A stretch of 64,000 bases of DNA from Candidatus Hermodarchaeota archaeon (GTDB taxonomy: Archaea > Asgardarchaeota > Thorarchaeia > Thorarchaeales > Thorarchaeaceae). Both the position numbers and the translations under genes were made by a program. Of the stretch, positions 48,381 through 58,681 are shown one piece after another. The stretch's first letter is position 1, and each line of letters starts with the position of its first letter. Under the pieces are notes generated by a model. That model was not told the origin of the DNA. It saw nothing but the letters and a program-made list of their open reading frames with translations, and searched no databases. The stretch is from contig JBHLLF010000004.1 of NCBI GenBank assembly GCA_048885865.1, positions 1 to 64,000 of the forward strand, written 5' to 3'.

Positions 48381-49133
48381 ATGGCAAGAAGAGGGCAGAA
48401 AAAGCACCTGAAACGATTGCCGGCACCAAGATATTGGCCAATCAAACGCAAGGAAGCCAAGTTCACAACTAGGCCTATTCCTGGACCACATCCAGGGGGT
48501 CACAGCCTGACACTCGCCATTGTACTCAGAGAGATGCTCGGCTATGCGGTAAACATGCGCGAAGTAAAAGCCATTCTGAATTCAGGCCAAGTTCGTGTCG
48601 ATGGTCGGATACGAAAGGACCCCAGATATCCAATTGGAATGATGGATGTCCTTGAGATTCAAGGCTCTGAGGAGAAGTTCAGACTGATTCCAAAGAAGAA
48701 TGGCGGGCTGCGTCTTGTCCAGATCGATGACAAGGAAGCCAGCTTCAAACTCTGCAGAGTTGAGAAGAAGATGATGGTCCCAGGAGGAAGACTTCAGATG
48801 ACACTTCATGATGGCCGCAACCTCTTACTGCCATCTGGAGGCAAGCCTGCAGACTTCAACACCCTCGATACCATTCAGATATCGGTTCCGGACCAGAAGC
48901 ATATGAAGACGATTCCAATGGAGAAAGGCTCCTATGCGGTTGTGAGCCAAGGAAAGAACGTTGGCATCGAAGGGAAGATCCTGGAGATAGAGAAACGCTT
49001 TGGGACTCATGCCAGTACAGTGACGATTGAAGACGCTGAAGGAAATCGATTCCAGACTGCGCTTGAATACGTATTCGTTCTTGGCAAGAAAACGTCTGAG
49101 GTTAGGATGGACTCAGGAGGTGCATCCCAGTGA
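48381..49133 (+). CDS. rps4e: Ribosomal protein eS4
   Basis: HLKRL.AP..W, PGPH, VDG.IR.D, HDGRN. Confidence 0.97.
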   Translation: MARRGQKKHLKRLPAPRYWPIKRKEAKFTTRPIPGPHPGGHSLTLAIVLREMLGYAVNMREVKAILNSGQVRVDGRIRKDPRYPIGMMDVLEIQGSEEKFRLIPKKNGGLRLVQIDDKEASFKLCRVEKKMMVPGGRLQMTLHDGRNLLLPSGGKPADFNTLDTIQISVPDQKHMKTIPMEKGSYAVVSQGKNVGIEGKILEIEKRFGTHASTVTIEDAEGNRFQTALEYVFVLGKKTSEVRMDSGGASQ

Positions 49134-49732
49134 GTACAACATCACACACAGCAGATAACGTAACCCCAAACGAACATCTCTTCCTTTCTGACTGGAAGGC
49201 ACATCCAATGAAGGCCCCATTTGTGGCCAAAGTAGTAGTCGATATGTGTACAGGTGGAGGCGAGCCTCTCAATAGAGCTTCAGCAATCTTGGAGCAGCTC
49301 ACTGGTCAAGCACCAGTGCAGTCTAGAGCTCGCCAGACTGTGCGAGATTTTGGAATTCGACGTAAGGAACCAATCGCAGTGAGAGTAACACTGCGGGACG
49401 AAAAGGCACACAAGTTCCTAGCAAGAGCCTTGGAGGCCAAGGAAAATGTGCTACTCATCAAAAACTGGGACGATGATGGCAATTTCGCTTTTGGCATCAC
49501 TGAGCATATCGATATCCCTGATGTGAAGTATGACCCACAGCTCGGCATTCAAGGTATGAACATAACAGTGTGCATAGAACGCCCCGGTTTCCGGGTGAAG
49601 AGAAGAAGACGACGTAGGACAAAGGTCCCGTATAGACACCGACTAACACCGGAAGAGAGCATGGTTTTCATCAAGAACACCTTTGGTGTTGAAATCTTGG
49701 AGAAAGTCAGGGAGAGGACATACCTGTTCTGA
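49130..49732 (+). CDS. rpl5: Ribosomal protein uL5
   Basis: FGIR..EPI...VTLR, GNF.FGI.EHID, YDP..GI.GM. Confidence 0.97.
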   Translation: MSTTSHTADNVTPNEHLFLSDWKAHPMKAPFVAKVVVDMCTGGGEPLNRASAILEQLTGQAPVQSRARQTVRDFGIRRKEPIAVRVTLRDEKAHKFLARALEAKENVLLIKNWDDDGNFAFGITEHIDIPDVKYDPQLGIQGMNITVCIERPGFRVKRRRRRRTKVPYRHRLTPEESMVFIKNTFGVEILEKVRERTYLF

Positions 49733-49743
49733 GGGGAGCCATA

Positions 49744-49914
49744 ATGAGTGTAAAGAAAGAACGCGTAAAGAGGCGCAAGAAAATGGGCAAAGGTAGTCGA
49801 AACTGTGTTCGTTGTGGCACCCATCAGGCAATAATCCGGTCATATGGGCTCAACATGTGCCGTCGGTGTTTTAGAGAGACCGCAGTGAAGCTGGGATTCA
49901 GAAAGTATAGTTAA
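49744..49914 (+). CDS. rps14: Ribosomal protein uS14 (56 aa, below the ORF-track cutoff)
   Basis: Hand-translated: [11 protein letters not shown]...[23 protein letters not shown]. Confidence 0.96.
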   Translation: MSVKKERVKRRKKMGKGSRNCVRCGTHQAIIRSYGLNMCRRCFRETAVKLGFRKYS

Positions 49915-49931
49915 TGGAGGCCAAAGAGAAA

Positions 49932-50324
49932 ATGACACTACTAGACCCATTGGCCGATGCGATGTCAAGCATCTACAACAGTGAGATAGTTGGAAAGCCT
50001 GAGGTAATCATTCAACCGGCTTCCAGTCTTATAGAGAGAGTTCTGCAGGTAATGCAGACACAGGGATACATTGGCGAATTCGAACGCATAGATGACGGGA
50101 TGTCTGGCAGGTTCCGTATCCAGCTTATGGGACGGACAAACAAGTGTGGTGTGATTAAACCACGATTTCCTGTCAAGCGCGATGGATTCGAGAGATACGA
50201 GAAAAGATTCCTTCCAGCCTACAACTATGGCATTTTGATTGTGACTACTCCATTGGGAGTCATGACTCACAGAGATGCCAAGAACCGTGGGATTGGTGGA
50301 AGACTACTAGCTTATGTGTATTAG
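49932..50324 (+). CDS. rps8: Ribosomal protein uS8
   Basis: [27 protein letters not shown]. Confidence 0.97.
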   Translation: MTLLDPLADAMSSIYNSEIVGKPEVIIQPASSLIERVLQVMQTQGYIGEFERIDDGMSGRFRIQLMGRTNKCGVIKPRFPVKRDGFERYEKRFLPAYNYGILIVTTPLGVMTHRDAKNRGIGGRLLAYVY

Positions 50325-50339
50325 AAGGAGGTCTGACAA

Positions 50340-50903
50340 ATGTCTTCAAGCTATGTATACGAGAAACGAATCGAAATACCCAGTGAATGTCAGGTCTCTC
50401 TCGAAGGAAGGACTGCTACCGTCACAGGTCCAAAAGGTTCTCTGACCCGGTTATTTCCTAATCCGCAGGCTGATATCAGGATGGATGGCAATGAAATAGT
50501 AGCTTCAACATCTATTAGCCGCAAGAGAACCAAGGCTCTTGTCGGCACAACAATTGCACATATTCGCAACATGCTCATCGGAGTTCAATATGGATATGTA
50601 TACGAGATGAAGATTGTCTATAGTCACTTTCCAATGTCTGTTGAGATTCAGGGAAATCAAGTGCTAATCAAGAACTTCATTGGAGAAAGAGGCATTCGTC
50701 GAGCAAGACTGATTGGAGATGTTGAAGTAAAGACCACAGAAGACGAGGTCATCATTAGTGGTATCGACATTGAAGCTGTTTCTCAGAGTGCGGCAAACAT
50801 TCAGTTGGCGACTAAGATCCGAAACAAGGACAGACGCGTGTTCCTTGATGGTATCTATGTCATTAGGAAGAAGAAGGGCGAGGTTGTAAAGTCGATTGTC
50901 TAA
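50340..50903 (+). CDS. rpl6: Ribosomal protein uL6
   Basis: GPKG, YSHFP, NFIGER, DRRVFLDGIY. Confidence 0.97.
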   Translation: MSSSYVYEKRIEIPSECQVSLEGRTATVTGPKGSLTRLFPNPQADIRMDGNEIVASTSISRKRTKALVGTTIAHIRNMLIGVQYGYVYEMKIVYSHFPMSVEIQGNQVLIKNFIGERGIRRARLIGDVEVKTTEDEVIISGIDIEAVSQSAANIQLATKIRNKDRRVFLDGIYVIRKKKGEVVKSIV

Positions 50904-51732
50904 GGAGGATCAAATCATGTCGAAGAAACCTACACTCACTGATGTACCCGGACTGGGTCCAAAGATGGAGGAGAAGTTGAGAGAAGCAGGAGTCAAGACA
51001 GTCGCTAAGCTATCCAAGTCTGTGCCAGAGAAATTGGCAGCGAAGGTAGATGGACTCAGTGAATCTGGAGCTGACAAACTTATCAAATCTGCACAGAAGT
51101 TGGTTTCTCCACCCTCAAAGAAACCCAAGGCTGAGAAGCCAAAGAAGGAACCCAAAAAGCCCGTAGCTGAGCCCAAGCCAAAGAAAGTGAAGAAAAAGAA
51201 GAAGGCTGAGGAAGAGATCAAACCAAAGAAACCCGCGAAAAAGAAGGCTAAGCCAAAGAAGAGCAAGGAACCGAAAAGGGTTCTTCCTAGGGATGCGCTC
51301 ATAGACCAGCGGCTGCTAAGAATCGCCAAGGAGAAGCGGAAGAAACAGCCAAAGTTCAGGCATGAGCAAGCTCATCGTTGGACACGAATCAGCGACTCAT
51401 GGCGAAAAGTGAGAGGAATCGATAGCGCAACCAGAGAGAAACGCAAAGGTCGTATCGCAATGGTTTCTGCAGGATACCGAAAGCCAAAAGCTGTCAGAGG
51501 TTTGCATCCTTCAAGATTCATTGAGGTCTATGTTCATAGACCCACAGATATTGAGGGACTGGACCCGGAAATTCATGCAATACGTATCGGATCCACAGTT
51601 GGGCTCAGGAAGCGTCAAGAAATCATCAAGAAAGCTGATGCCATGGCTCTCAGAGTTCTGAACCCAGGAGCACCGGAGAGTATTGGCGAAGAGGATCTCT
51701 TTACAGACCTCGATGACTTGGAGTTGGACTGA
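50896..51732 (+). CDS. rpl32e: Ribosomal protein eL32 with N-terminal HhH domain and Lys-rich linker
   Basis: LTDVPGLGPK HhH; WRK.RGID, GYR.P..VRGLHPS. Confidence 0.95.
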   Translation: MSKEDQIMSKKPTLTDVPGLGPKMEEKLREAGVKTVAKLSKSVPEKLAAKVDGLSESGADKLIKSAQKLVSPPSKKPKAEKPKKEPKKPVAEPKPKKVKKKKKAEEEIKPKKPAKKKAKPKKSKEPKRVLPRDALIDQRLLRIAKEKRKKQPKFRHEQAHRWTRISDSWRKVRGIDSATREKRKGRIAMVSAGYRKPKAVRGLHPSRFIEVYVHRPTDIEGLDPEIHAIRIGSTVGLRKRQEIIKKADAMALRVLNPGAPESIGEEDLFTDLDDLELD

Positions 51733-51734
51733 AT

Positions 51735-52187
51735 ATGAAACTCGCTACACAGAAGAGACTTGCTGCTGAAGTCATGAAGGTTGGAGTGTCAAGGGTCTGG
51801 ATAGACCCGGAGTTCGAGGACGAGGTCTCTCTAGCTATCACTAGAAATGATATCCGGCGATTGGTGGATGAAGGAGCTATTCAAAGTAAACAGAAGATTG
51901 GAGTAAGCAGAGGAAGAGCTCGTCACATTCTTCGTCAGAAGCGCAAGGGCCAAAGAAAAGGGCCAGGAAAGCGAAAAGGCAAACATACCTCGAAGCTGTC
52001 CAGCAAGGACCGCTGGATGATGAAGATACGCCCTATGCGAAAGGAGCTAAAGAAGCTAAGGGATGAGGGAAAAATCACAAGGAGAGTCTATCGTGATTTA
52101 TACCTCAAAGCAAAAGGTAACGCGTTCAGGAACACTGCACACCTACGTACCTATATTGCTGATCACAAGTTGGGGGCGAAGAAATAA
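51735..52187 (+). CDS. rpl19e: Ribosomal protein eL19
   Basis: QKRLAA, RVWIDP, GPG.RKG, Y.KAKG. Confidence 0.97.
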   Translation: MKLATQKRLAAEVMKVGVSRVWIDPEFEDEVSLAITRNDIRRLVDEGAIQSKQKIGVSRGRARHILRQKRKGQRKGPGKRKGKHTSKLSSKDRWMMKIRPMRKELKKLRDEGKITRRVYRDLYLKAKGNAFRNTAHLRTYIADHKLGAKK

Positions 52188-52951
52188 TGGCGCATGGTCC
52201 AACATACAAGGTCAAGTTTAGACGCCGCAGAGAAGGAAAGACAAACTATTACAGAAGAAGAAGGCTCCTGCAGTCCAGGGGATCACGCCTTGTAGTCAGA
52301 AAGACAAACAACCGCGTAATCGTTCAGGTGATAGATGCGAAGGTAGTCGGAGACAATACCATAGCCTCTGCAATATCTACTGAGCTAGGAGGATTTGGCT
52401 GGTCTGCGGGAGTAGCGAATCTGCCTGCAGCTTATCTGACTGGATTCCTTGCAGGACTCAGAGCAAAGGCACGCGGCATTGACAAGGCGATTATGGATGT
52501 CGGATTACATCCACCTATTCGTGGCTCAAAGCTATATGCGGCCTTGAAAGGTGCAGTAGATGCAGGCCTGGAAGTGCCACACGATCCTGAAGTGCTTCCA
52601 GACGAGTCTAGGACATCCGGAGAACACATTATTCAAGCCTATCAATACGTGACTGAGAAGAAGAAGGATAGCTATCACTTCAGTATTGTGGGTAAAAAGA
52701 AGACAAGCATCACTACAATACCAAAGCAGTTTGATACGGCTAAGAATGCAATGCTAGAGATACCTAAGGAGAATCTCAAAAAGAAGAAGAAAAAGCCTGC
52801 AGCAAAGAAGGCCGCACCGAAGAAACCAGCAGCCAAGAAGGAGAAGAAGAAACCTGCTGAAAAGGCACCTCGTGCGGTACCTAGAAAGCCGAAACCCAAG
52901 AAGCTCGTGTCAAGAGGCAGGGGCAAGAAGAAGGGGAAGCGAAAGAAGTAG
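52187..52951 (+). CDS. rpl18: Ribosomal protein uL18 with Lys/Ala/Pro-rich tail
   Basis: RRRREGKTNY, N.PAAYLTG, ALKGAVDAGL.VPH. Confidence 0.97.
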   Translation: MAHGPTYKVKFRRRREGKTNYYRRRRLLQSRGSRLVVRKTNNRVIVQVIDAKVVGDNTIASAISTELGGFGWSAGVANLPAAYLTGFLAGLRAKARGIDKAIMDVGLHPPIRGSKLYAALKGAVDAGLEVPHDPEVLPDESRTSGEHIIQAYQYVTEKKKDSYHFSIVGKKKTSITTIPKQFDTAKNAMLEIPKENLKKKKKKPAAKKAAPKKPAAKKEKKKPAEKAPRAVPRKPKPKKLVSRGRGKKKGKRKK

Positions 52952-52961
52952 GAGATGAAAG

Positions 52962-53651
52962 GTGATGAGTAGTAGTCGAAGAAGAAATCGAAGGCCTCCA
53001 CGAAGACAAGAGGTCAATCCCCTTGATGATTGGGTTCCTAAGACCGCCTTAGGAAATCTAGTCAAAGAAGGCCACATCAATAGCATAGAGGAGGTTTTCC
53101 TGAACAACTACATCATCCGTGAACCGGAGATTGTCGACATGTTGATTCCAGACCTCCGTCAAGAAGTTGTTGATGTCTCAATGGTCCAGAGACAATCAGA
53201 TAGCGGTCAGCAGAAGAGCTTTAGAATCACCGTAGTCGTAGGGAACGGCGAGGGAGTCATTGGCATTGGAATAGGTAAGGCTGCGGAATTCGTTCCAGCA
53301 GTTCGTGCGGCAGAAGCTAGGGCAAAACTGAATGCAACAATCTTCCGTAGAGGTTGTGGCTCCTGGGAATGCAGGTGTCACGATCCTCACAGCATCCCCT
53401 TCCAGACAAAAGGCGAGTCTGGCTCTGTCAGCGTGACTCTCAGACCTGCACCCAAAGGAACGGGTCTTGTGACGGCAGATGTCGGCAAGATGGTTCTCAG
53501 AATTGCCGGGCTAAAGGATGTTTGGTCAATCACAAAGGGGCGAACAAGGACAGCATCAAACTTTGCAAAGGCGTACGTTGATGCCCTTACAGAAACCTAC
53601 AGAATGCTACCTCCTCAGGAGTGGGCAGCATCAGGAGTGGCTGAAGAATGA
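52962..53651 (+). CDS. rps5: Ribosomal protein uS5
   Basis: W.PKT.LG, EPEIVD, RGCGSWEC, PAPKGTG. Confidence 0.97.
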   Translation: MMSSSRRRNRRPPRRQEVNPLDDWVPKTALGNLVKEGHINSIEEVFLNNYIIREPEIVDMLIPDLRQEVVDVSMVQRQSDSGQQKSFRITVVVGNGEGVIGIGIGKAAEFVPAVRAAEARAKLNATIFRRGCGSWECRCHDPHSIPFQTKGESGSVSVTLRPAPKGTGLVTADVGKMVLRIAGLKDVWSITKGRTRTASNFAKAYVDALTETYRMLPPQEWAASGVAEE

Positions 53652-54130
53652 GTTCAGAAGAGAAGGTCATTCTAGCGATACGGGTGAGAGGACAAGTCAG
53701 AGTACGACCTCAAATAGAAGACACTCTAGACAAGCTCCTGCTTGGTAGACTGCACCAGGCTAGAGTGTTGAAACTCACGCCAAGCTTGCAAGGAATGATA
53801 ACGAAGGCAAAAGACTACATCACGTGGGGTGAGATTGACGAGGAAACCATCTTGTCCCTTCTCACGAAACGCGGCCGTCTGCCTGGAAACAAAAGGCTTA
53901 GTGAGGAATATCTAAGAAAGAACTCGAGCTACCGCACATTCAAATCACTTGCCAAGGCCATAGTTGAAGGAAAGGCAAGTATGAGCGATGTTGAGGGGCT
54001 AAAACCTGTGTTTAGACTCACTCCGCCCCGCAAGGGCTTCAAGGGAAAGAAGAATCTCCCAGTTGGAATGGGTGGAATAACTGGATATCGTGGTGCTGAA
54101 ATAAATCAGCTCGCTAGTAAGATGATCTGA
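53648..54130 (+). CDS. rpl30: Ribosomal protein uL30
   Basis: DYITWGE, KPVFRL.PPRKG, GYRG..IN.L. Confidence 0.97.
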   Translation: MSSEEKVILAIRVRGQVRVRPQIEDTLDKLLLGRLHQARVLKLTPSLQGMITKAKDYITWGEIDEETILSLLTKRGRLPGNKRLSEEYLRKNSSYRTFKSLAKAIVEGKASMSDVEGLKPVFRLTPPRKGFKGKKNLPVGMGGITGYRGAEINQLASKMI

Positions 54131-54131
54131 G

Positions 54132-54683
54132 GTGAAATGGTTGAGTTGGGATGATGACCCGTTTGATGAGGATCCTCGAAAGAAACTGAGGAAGTGGTTT
54201 GGAGAGTTCCTCCCTGAGGAGATATTCGATCAGATTGATGAGATGATGCGCCGAATGATGGAGGAGATGGACGGGGGAACCCTATTTGACATGGACTCCA
54301 TCGAGGAATTTATGAGAGAAAACCCAGAGGGCACCAATCCATTCACCTTTGGTTTCTCAATCCGTCCTGGTCCTGATGGAAGACCAATTATCCAGAGGTT
54401 TGGAAATGCGCCGGATCCAGACGGTCATGGAATGACGCCTCAGCTCGAGCCATTAGTGGACGTCATTGACGAGGATGGCGAAATCATTGTGGTAGCTGAG
54501 CTACCTGGAGTTGAAAAGGACCAACTGAAAGTTCGGGTCAAGGGCAAGACCTTGACGATTGACGTGGACAATCCACAGAGGCCATATCACAAGGAGATAA
54601 GCCTCCCGGCGAAAGTCCGTAAAGAAGAAGCAAAATCATCAATGAGGAACGGAGTCCTCGAAGTGCGACTGAAGAAGGATTAG
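54132..54683 (+). CDS. hsp20: Small heat shock protein (archaeal Hsp20)
   Basis: FGFS...GPDG.P....FGN, EPLVDV, AELPGV.K, NGVLEV. Confidence 0.93.
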   Translation: MKWLSWDDDPFDEDPRKKLRKWFGEFLPEEIFDQIDEMMRRMMEEMDGGTLFDMDSIEEFMRENPEGTNPFTFGFSIRPGPDGRPIIQRFGNAPDPDGHGMTPQLEPLVDVIDEDGEIIVVAELPGVEKDQLKVRVKGKTLTIDVDNPQRPYHKEISLPAKVRKEEAKSSMRNGVLEVRLKKD

Positions 54684-54697
54684 CGGAGAGAATTGTC

Positions 54698-55147
54698 ATG
54701 CAGAAACGAAAAACCAAGAAGATTCACAAAATGCGCGGACGCCGAGCGGCTGGTTACGGCTTTAGTGCTGGTCATCGAGCTTCAGGTCAAAGAGGCGGCA
54801 AGGGCATGGCAGGCTCCAAGAAACATCATTACATCAAAGTAATGCAGGAGGATCCTCGTTACTTCGGGAAATGGGGGTTCAAGAGACCCCAGATGCTCAT
54901 CAAGGACATGGTAACCCTCAATATAGGCGATATAGATGAGGCCCTTGATAGGCTCGTTGAACGTGGAGGGGCCATAAAGAAAGGCCGCAAATACACCGTG
55001 GATCTCTCACTCCTCGGTATAGACAAAATACTGGGATCCGGCAAAGTGACTCGTGCAATTGATTTGGTTGGAGTGAAGGCAATCTCCGCTCGAGCTCGAG
55101 AAAAGATCGAGGCGAATGGTGGTTCTGTCGACCTGCCTATGGAGTAG
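54698..55147 (+). CDS. rpl15: Ribosomal protein uL15
   Basis: HR..G.RGG.G.AG..KH, FGK.GF, KILGSG. Confidence 0.96.
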   Translation: MQKRKTKKIHKMRGRRAAGYGFSAGHRASGQRGGKGMAGSKKHHYIKVMQEDPRYFGKWGFKRPQMLIKDMVTLNIGDIDEALDRLVERGGAIKKGRKYTVDLSLLGIDKILGSGKVTRAIDLVGVKAISARAREKIEANGGSVDLPME

Positions 55148-55169
55148 CACGATTCAATCTCTCAGACCT

Positions 55170-55418
55170 TTATCGAGCAAGATTCCGTATCTGTAATCCA
55201 ACGTACAGAAGTGAAAGGCAAACCGCTACCAGTCCAAAAGCCACAGAAGTGGCTAGTGCAGCATCGGGATTGTTTGTGCTGATATAACCAAAATATCCAA
55301 CAATGCATACAAGTGCAGAAACTAGGGCCATTGCTAGAAAGAGTCCCACTTCATCAACATCTTTATCCGGGCCAGATGCCATACGCTCAGAAATTGGTTC
55401 TTCTCTATCGGAACTCAT
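55170..55418 (-). CDS. Small two-TM membrane protein, antisense to the operon
   Basis: Two hydrophobic helices; GGGGAGGT SD before ATG 55418. Confidence 0.65.
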   Translation of the reverse strand: MSSDREEPISERMASGPDKDVDEVGLFLAMALVSALVCIVGYFGYISTNNPDAALATSVAFGLVAVCLSLLYVGLQIRNLAR

Positions 55419-55555
55419 GAACCTCCCCAACAAGACCATTCGAAATTGGGAAAATAAATGATTCTGACAGCCTGAAATGCCGCATACAAGCAAGACCCTA
55501 AGCTTTAAGTGGTGACCTCTAACTTTCGGTCGAAAAACCTGCAGGAGACGAAAAC

Positions 55556-57067
55556 TTGACGTCTACATTCCTAAGGGCATTATCACCTTTTGTCCGGATA
55601 ATGCCAGAAGTGAAGACTCCAGATCGAGAGGTATCGTTCAGAGAGAAGGCTGTCTGGACCATCGTAATCCTGATACTCTTCCTTCTAATGAGCCACATTC
55701 CTCTCTACGGAGTGGACAAGACAGTTGGAACTGACTATCTATGGGCACTGCGAGTCATCCTCGCAAGCACACGTGGTACCCTGATGGAGTTAGGAATTGG
55801 ACCGATTGTCACTGCAGGACTGGTGATGCAGCTGCTCTCAGGGTCAAAAATCATCGATGTTGACTTTGGAGATCCTGATGACAGAGCCCTATTCACTGGT
55901 GGTCAGAAAGTCCTAGCTATGTTCATGACTGCGTTTCAGGCAATTGCCTACATTGTCGGTAACGCATATGGTGAACTAGCTCCTGAGGCTTCAGTGATTG
56001 TATTCATGCAGCTGTTCGTTGCAGGAATCGTTGTCATCCTCATGGACGAACTCGTCCAGAAGGGGTGGGGGCTTGGCTCTGGTGTGTCACTGTTCATCAT
56101 GACCAATGTTGCAGGCCAAGTGATGTTCAATGCATTGAACTTCATTGACGTCGAGTCCGTTGGACCAGATCCTCTTTCACCAGTGGGCACTAATCTGCCA
56201 AAAGGTATCATCGCAGCACTGATTGGGAATCTGCTGAGATGGATAGGCATCGGTAGAGACGCTGGTGACCCTGTCGGATGGGACTGGCTAATGTTCAGGG
56301 ATGGACTCACGCCAAGCATATTCACCCTTATCATTACAGTAGTCATCATGTTGGCTGTCATCTGGATGGAAACTGTCAGAGTTGAGATACCACTCCAGTA
56401 TGCCAAGTATAGAGGCATGAAAGCGAGATATCCCATCAAGTTGCTCTATACTTCGAATATTCCAGTCATTCTGGCTCAAGCATTGTTTGCGAACATTCTG
56501 TTCTTCGGACAGATCATCTTCACGAATTTCAATTCGAATGGAACTAACCCGTTCCTGAACCTCATTGGCACATTTAGTCAAGATCCAAATAGTGCTAGAA
56601 TGATAGCGGAATTTGGGCTGAGTCGCTATGTGACGCCTCCTCAAGGACTGTTCGCACTATTTGGTCCAGATGCGCCGCCGGATGGATTGCTGCATGTCGC
56701 GATCTATTCCTTCCTGATGATCCTCCTTTGTTGGGGCTTCTCCAAGATATGGGTGGACATCTCAGGAATTGCCCCTCGCGATGTTTCTCGACAGCTCCTA
56801 AACTCGGGCTACATCGTACCCGGCTTCAGGAGAAGTGAGAAGGTCTTGGAGAGACTGCTTGAGCGCTACATTCCAATTGTAGCCAGTTTGGGCGGGTTCC
56901 TTGTAGGAGTCCTCGCAGCAGCTGCAGATGTTATGGGTGCACTGGCAAGCGGGACTGGAATCCTGCTAATGGTATCAATCATAAAACAGTACTATGAGCA
57001 GATAGCCAAGGAGCAATTGGCCCAAATGGGCGGTGAAGGAATCCAGGGATTGCTTGGAATCATTTGA
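55556..57067 (+). CDS. secY: Preprotein translocase SecY/Sec61alpha
   Basis: GTLMELGIGPIVTAG, KGWGLGSGVSLFI, YPIKLLYTSNIP.IL, GTGILL. Confidence 0.97.
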   Translation: MTSTFLRALSPFVRIMPEVKTPDREVSFREKAVWTIVILILFLLMSHIPLYGVDKTVGTDYLWALRVILASTRGTLMELGIGPIVTAGLVMQLLSGSKIIDVDFGDPDDRALFTGGQKVLAMFMTAFQAIAYIVGNAYGELAPEASVIVFMQLFVAGIVVILMDELVQKGWGLGSGVSLFIMTNVAGQVMFNALNFIDVESVGPDPLSPVGTNLPKGIIAALIGNLLRWIGIGRDAGDPVGWDWLMFRDGLTPSIFTLIITVVIMLAVIWMETVRVEIPLQYAKYRGMKARYPIKLLYTSNIPVILAQALFANILFFGQIIFTNFNSNGTNPFLNLIGTFSQDPNSARMIAEFGLSRYVTPPQGLFALFGPDAPPDGLLHVAIYSFLMILLCWGFSKIWVDISGIAPRDVSRQLLNSGYIVPGFRRSEKVLERLLERYIPIVASLGGFLVGVLAAAADVMGALASGTGILLMVSIIKQYYEQIAKEQLAQMGGEGIQGLLGII

Positions 57068-57098
57068 GGGCTGGCACATTCAGCCCTCATTCTTCTTT
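57065..57098 (+). terminator. Hairpin plus pyrimidine tract after secY
   Basis: TGAGGGCTG-GCACATT-CAGCCCTCA followed by TTCTTCTTT. Confidence 0.6.
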
Positions 57099-57250
57099 AT
57101 GGTCTTCCCAGTCTGAGTCAACAAGAGAAACATGGGAAAGCGCTGCGATGCCAAGGAGTATAGCACAAGAATCTATTTCTTAATGGACTGCCGCAACACC
57201 CTCTTGCTCTCGGCCTCATCAGAAGCAAACATTCCCGAGGCTTAAGAGGT

Positions 57251-58546
57251 GTGGAAACATTGGAAGTTTCATTTTCAGCAAAACGACTTCGCCAATCTGC
57301 AACACTGGCGATTAATGAACTCATAACCACCCTCCGTGAACAGGGAGAACAAATCCTTCACCTAGGGTTCGGAGAGTCCCCATTTCCTGTTCATCAACTT
57401 GTTCGGAATGCGCTATGCGAGAACTCTTGGCGGCAGAAATATCTCTCCACGCAAGGGATTCTCCCCCTCCGAGAACAGGTTTCAGAATTCTATCAAGAGA
57501 TGTTCGACCTGAAGTACTCAGCTGCACAAATCATTGTTGGCCCAGGGAGCAAGCCATTGATGTTCGCCGCCTTGGCTGCTCTTGCTGGTAATCTTTTCCT
57601 ACCTGCACCCTCTTGGGTAAGTTATCAGCATATGGGCAAATATCTAGACCGCGAAATTCATCACATCACTACAAGTCTTGATGAGTCCTATCGCCTCACC
57701 CCTGAGGCGCTGTTGAAAGCTCTTGAAGAACAGAGTCCGATTTCATCAGAACAGAAAATCCTTGTCCTGAATTATCCATGCAATCCCACTGGACATAGCT
57801 TCTCTGCACAGCAGTTGAAAGCATTGGCCAGGGTGGCTCGAGAACACAACGTTATTGTCATATCGGATGAGATCTATGCTCTTACTCATTGTCGCGACCA
57901 AGAACACCATAGCATTGCTGAATACTATCCTGAGGGGACTATCATTACAGGAGGGCTCTCCAAAGACCGATCTCTTGGAGGCTATCGGCTTGGTGTTCTA
58001 CTGCTTCCCCAAGATGAGATGGATCTCTTGAGAAGTATCTTGGCTGTTGGGAGCGAGGTCTGGTCGAGTGTATCCGCGCCAATACAGTATGCTGGAATTG
58101 AAGCATACCGAACTGACACCGAATTGGTGGGCTATATCCAAGACTGTGCAATTATACATGAATTGGTTACAAGGCATGTCCATCGCAGAATCCAAGCAGG
58201 TGGTATTTCATGTCCTCAACCAGCAGGTGGTTTCTATCTGTTTCCTGATTGGAACAAACACAAAGATGTGCTCAGAGCGCGAGGGATAGAAACATCTCGT
58301 GAATTGGCGAATCATCTGCTCAAAACCAGACTAGTTTCTAGCTTGCCGGGTTCAGAGTTTGGTATGCCATCAGACCATCTAAGTTTACGCCTAGCCACTG
58401 TTGATTACGATGGACAGACTGCAATTGAATCCTTCACAAAAGACAGAGATACTGCATTAGAAGATCCGGATCGATTTGCTATTTCCATCGCGCCTAATCT
58501 GGTGATGGCCAGCGACCGATTAATCGAGTTTACAACCAATCTATGA
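57251..58546 (+). CDS. Class I/II PLP aminotransferase
   Basis: G.SPFP, GPGSK, PSWVSY, NYPCNPTG, SDEIY, GLSKD...GGYRLG. Confidence 0.92.
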   Translation: METLEVSFSAKRLRQSATLAINELITTLREQGEQILHLGFGESPFPVHQLVRNALCENSWRQKYLSTQGILPLREQVSEFYQEMFDLKYSAAQIIVGPGSKPLMFAALAALAGNLFLPAPSWVSYQHMGKYLDREIHHITTSLDESYRLTPEALLKALEEQSPISSEQKILVLNYPCNPTGHSFSAQQLKALARVAREHNVIVISDEIYALTHCRDQEHHSIAEYYPEGTIITGGLSKDRSLGGYRLGVLLLPQDEMDLLRSILAVGSEVWSSVSAPIQYAGIEAYRTDTELVGYIQDCAIIHELVTRHVHRRIQAGGISCPQPAGGFYLFPDWNKHKDVLRARGIETSRELANHLLKTRLVSSLPGSEFGMPSDHLSLRLATVDYDGQTAIESFTKDRDTALEDPDRFAISIAPNLVMASDRLIEFTTNL

Positions 58547-58681
58547 ATCAACCATCATTGTAATCATTGATCATTTCAGCTGTTTCTCTTCCCGCAAGAT
58601 ATCTGTGGATTTCAGGCAAACCTAAAATGCATTGATGCAATCGGAAAAACGTCGAAATAGCTTGGTTTAGGGGTCGCATAG

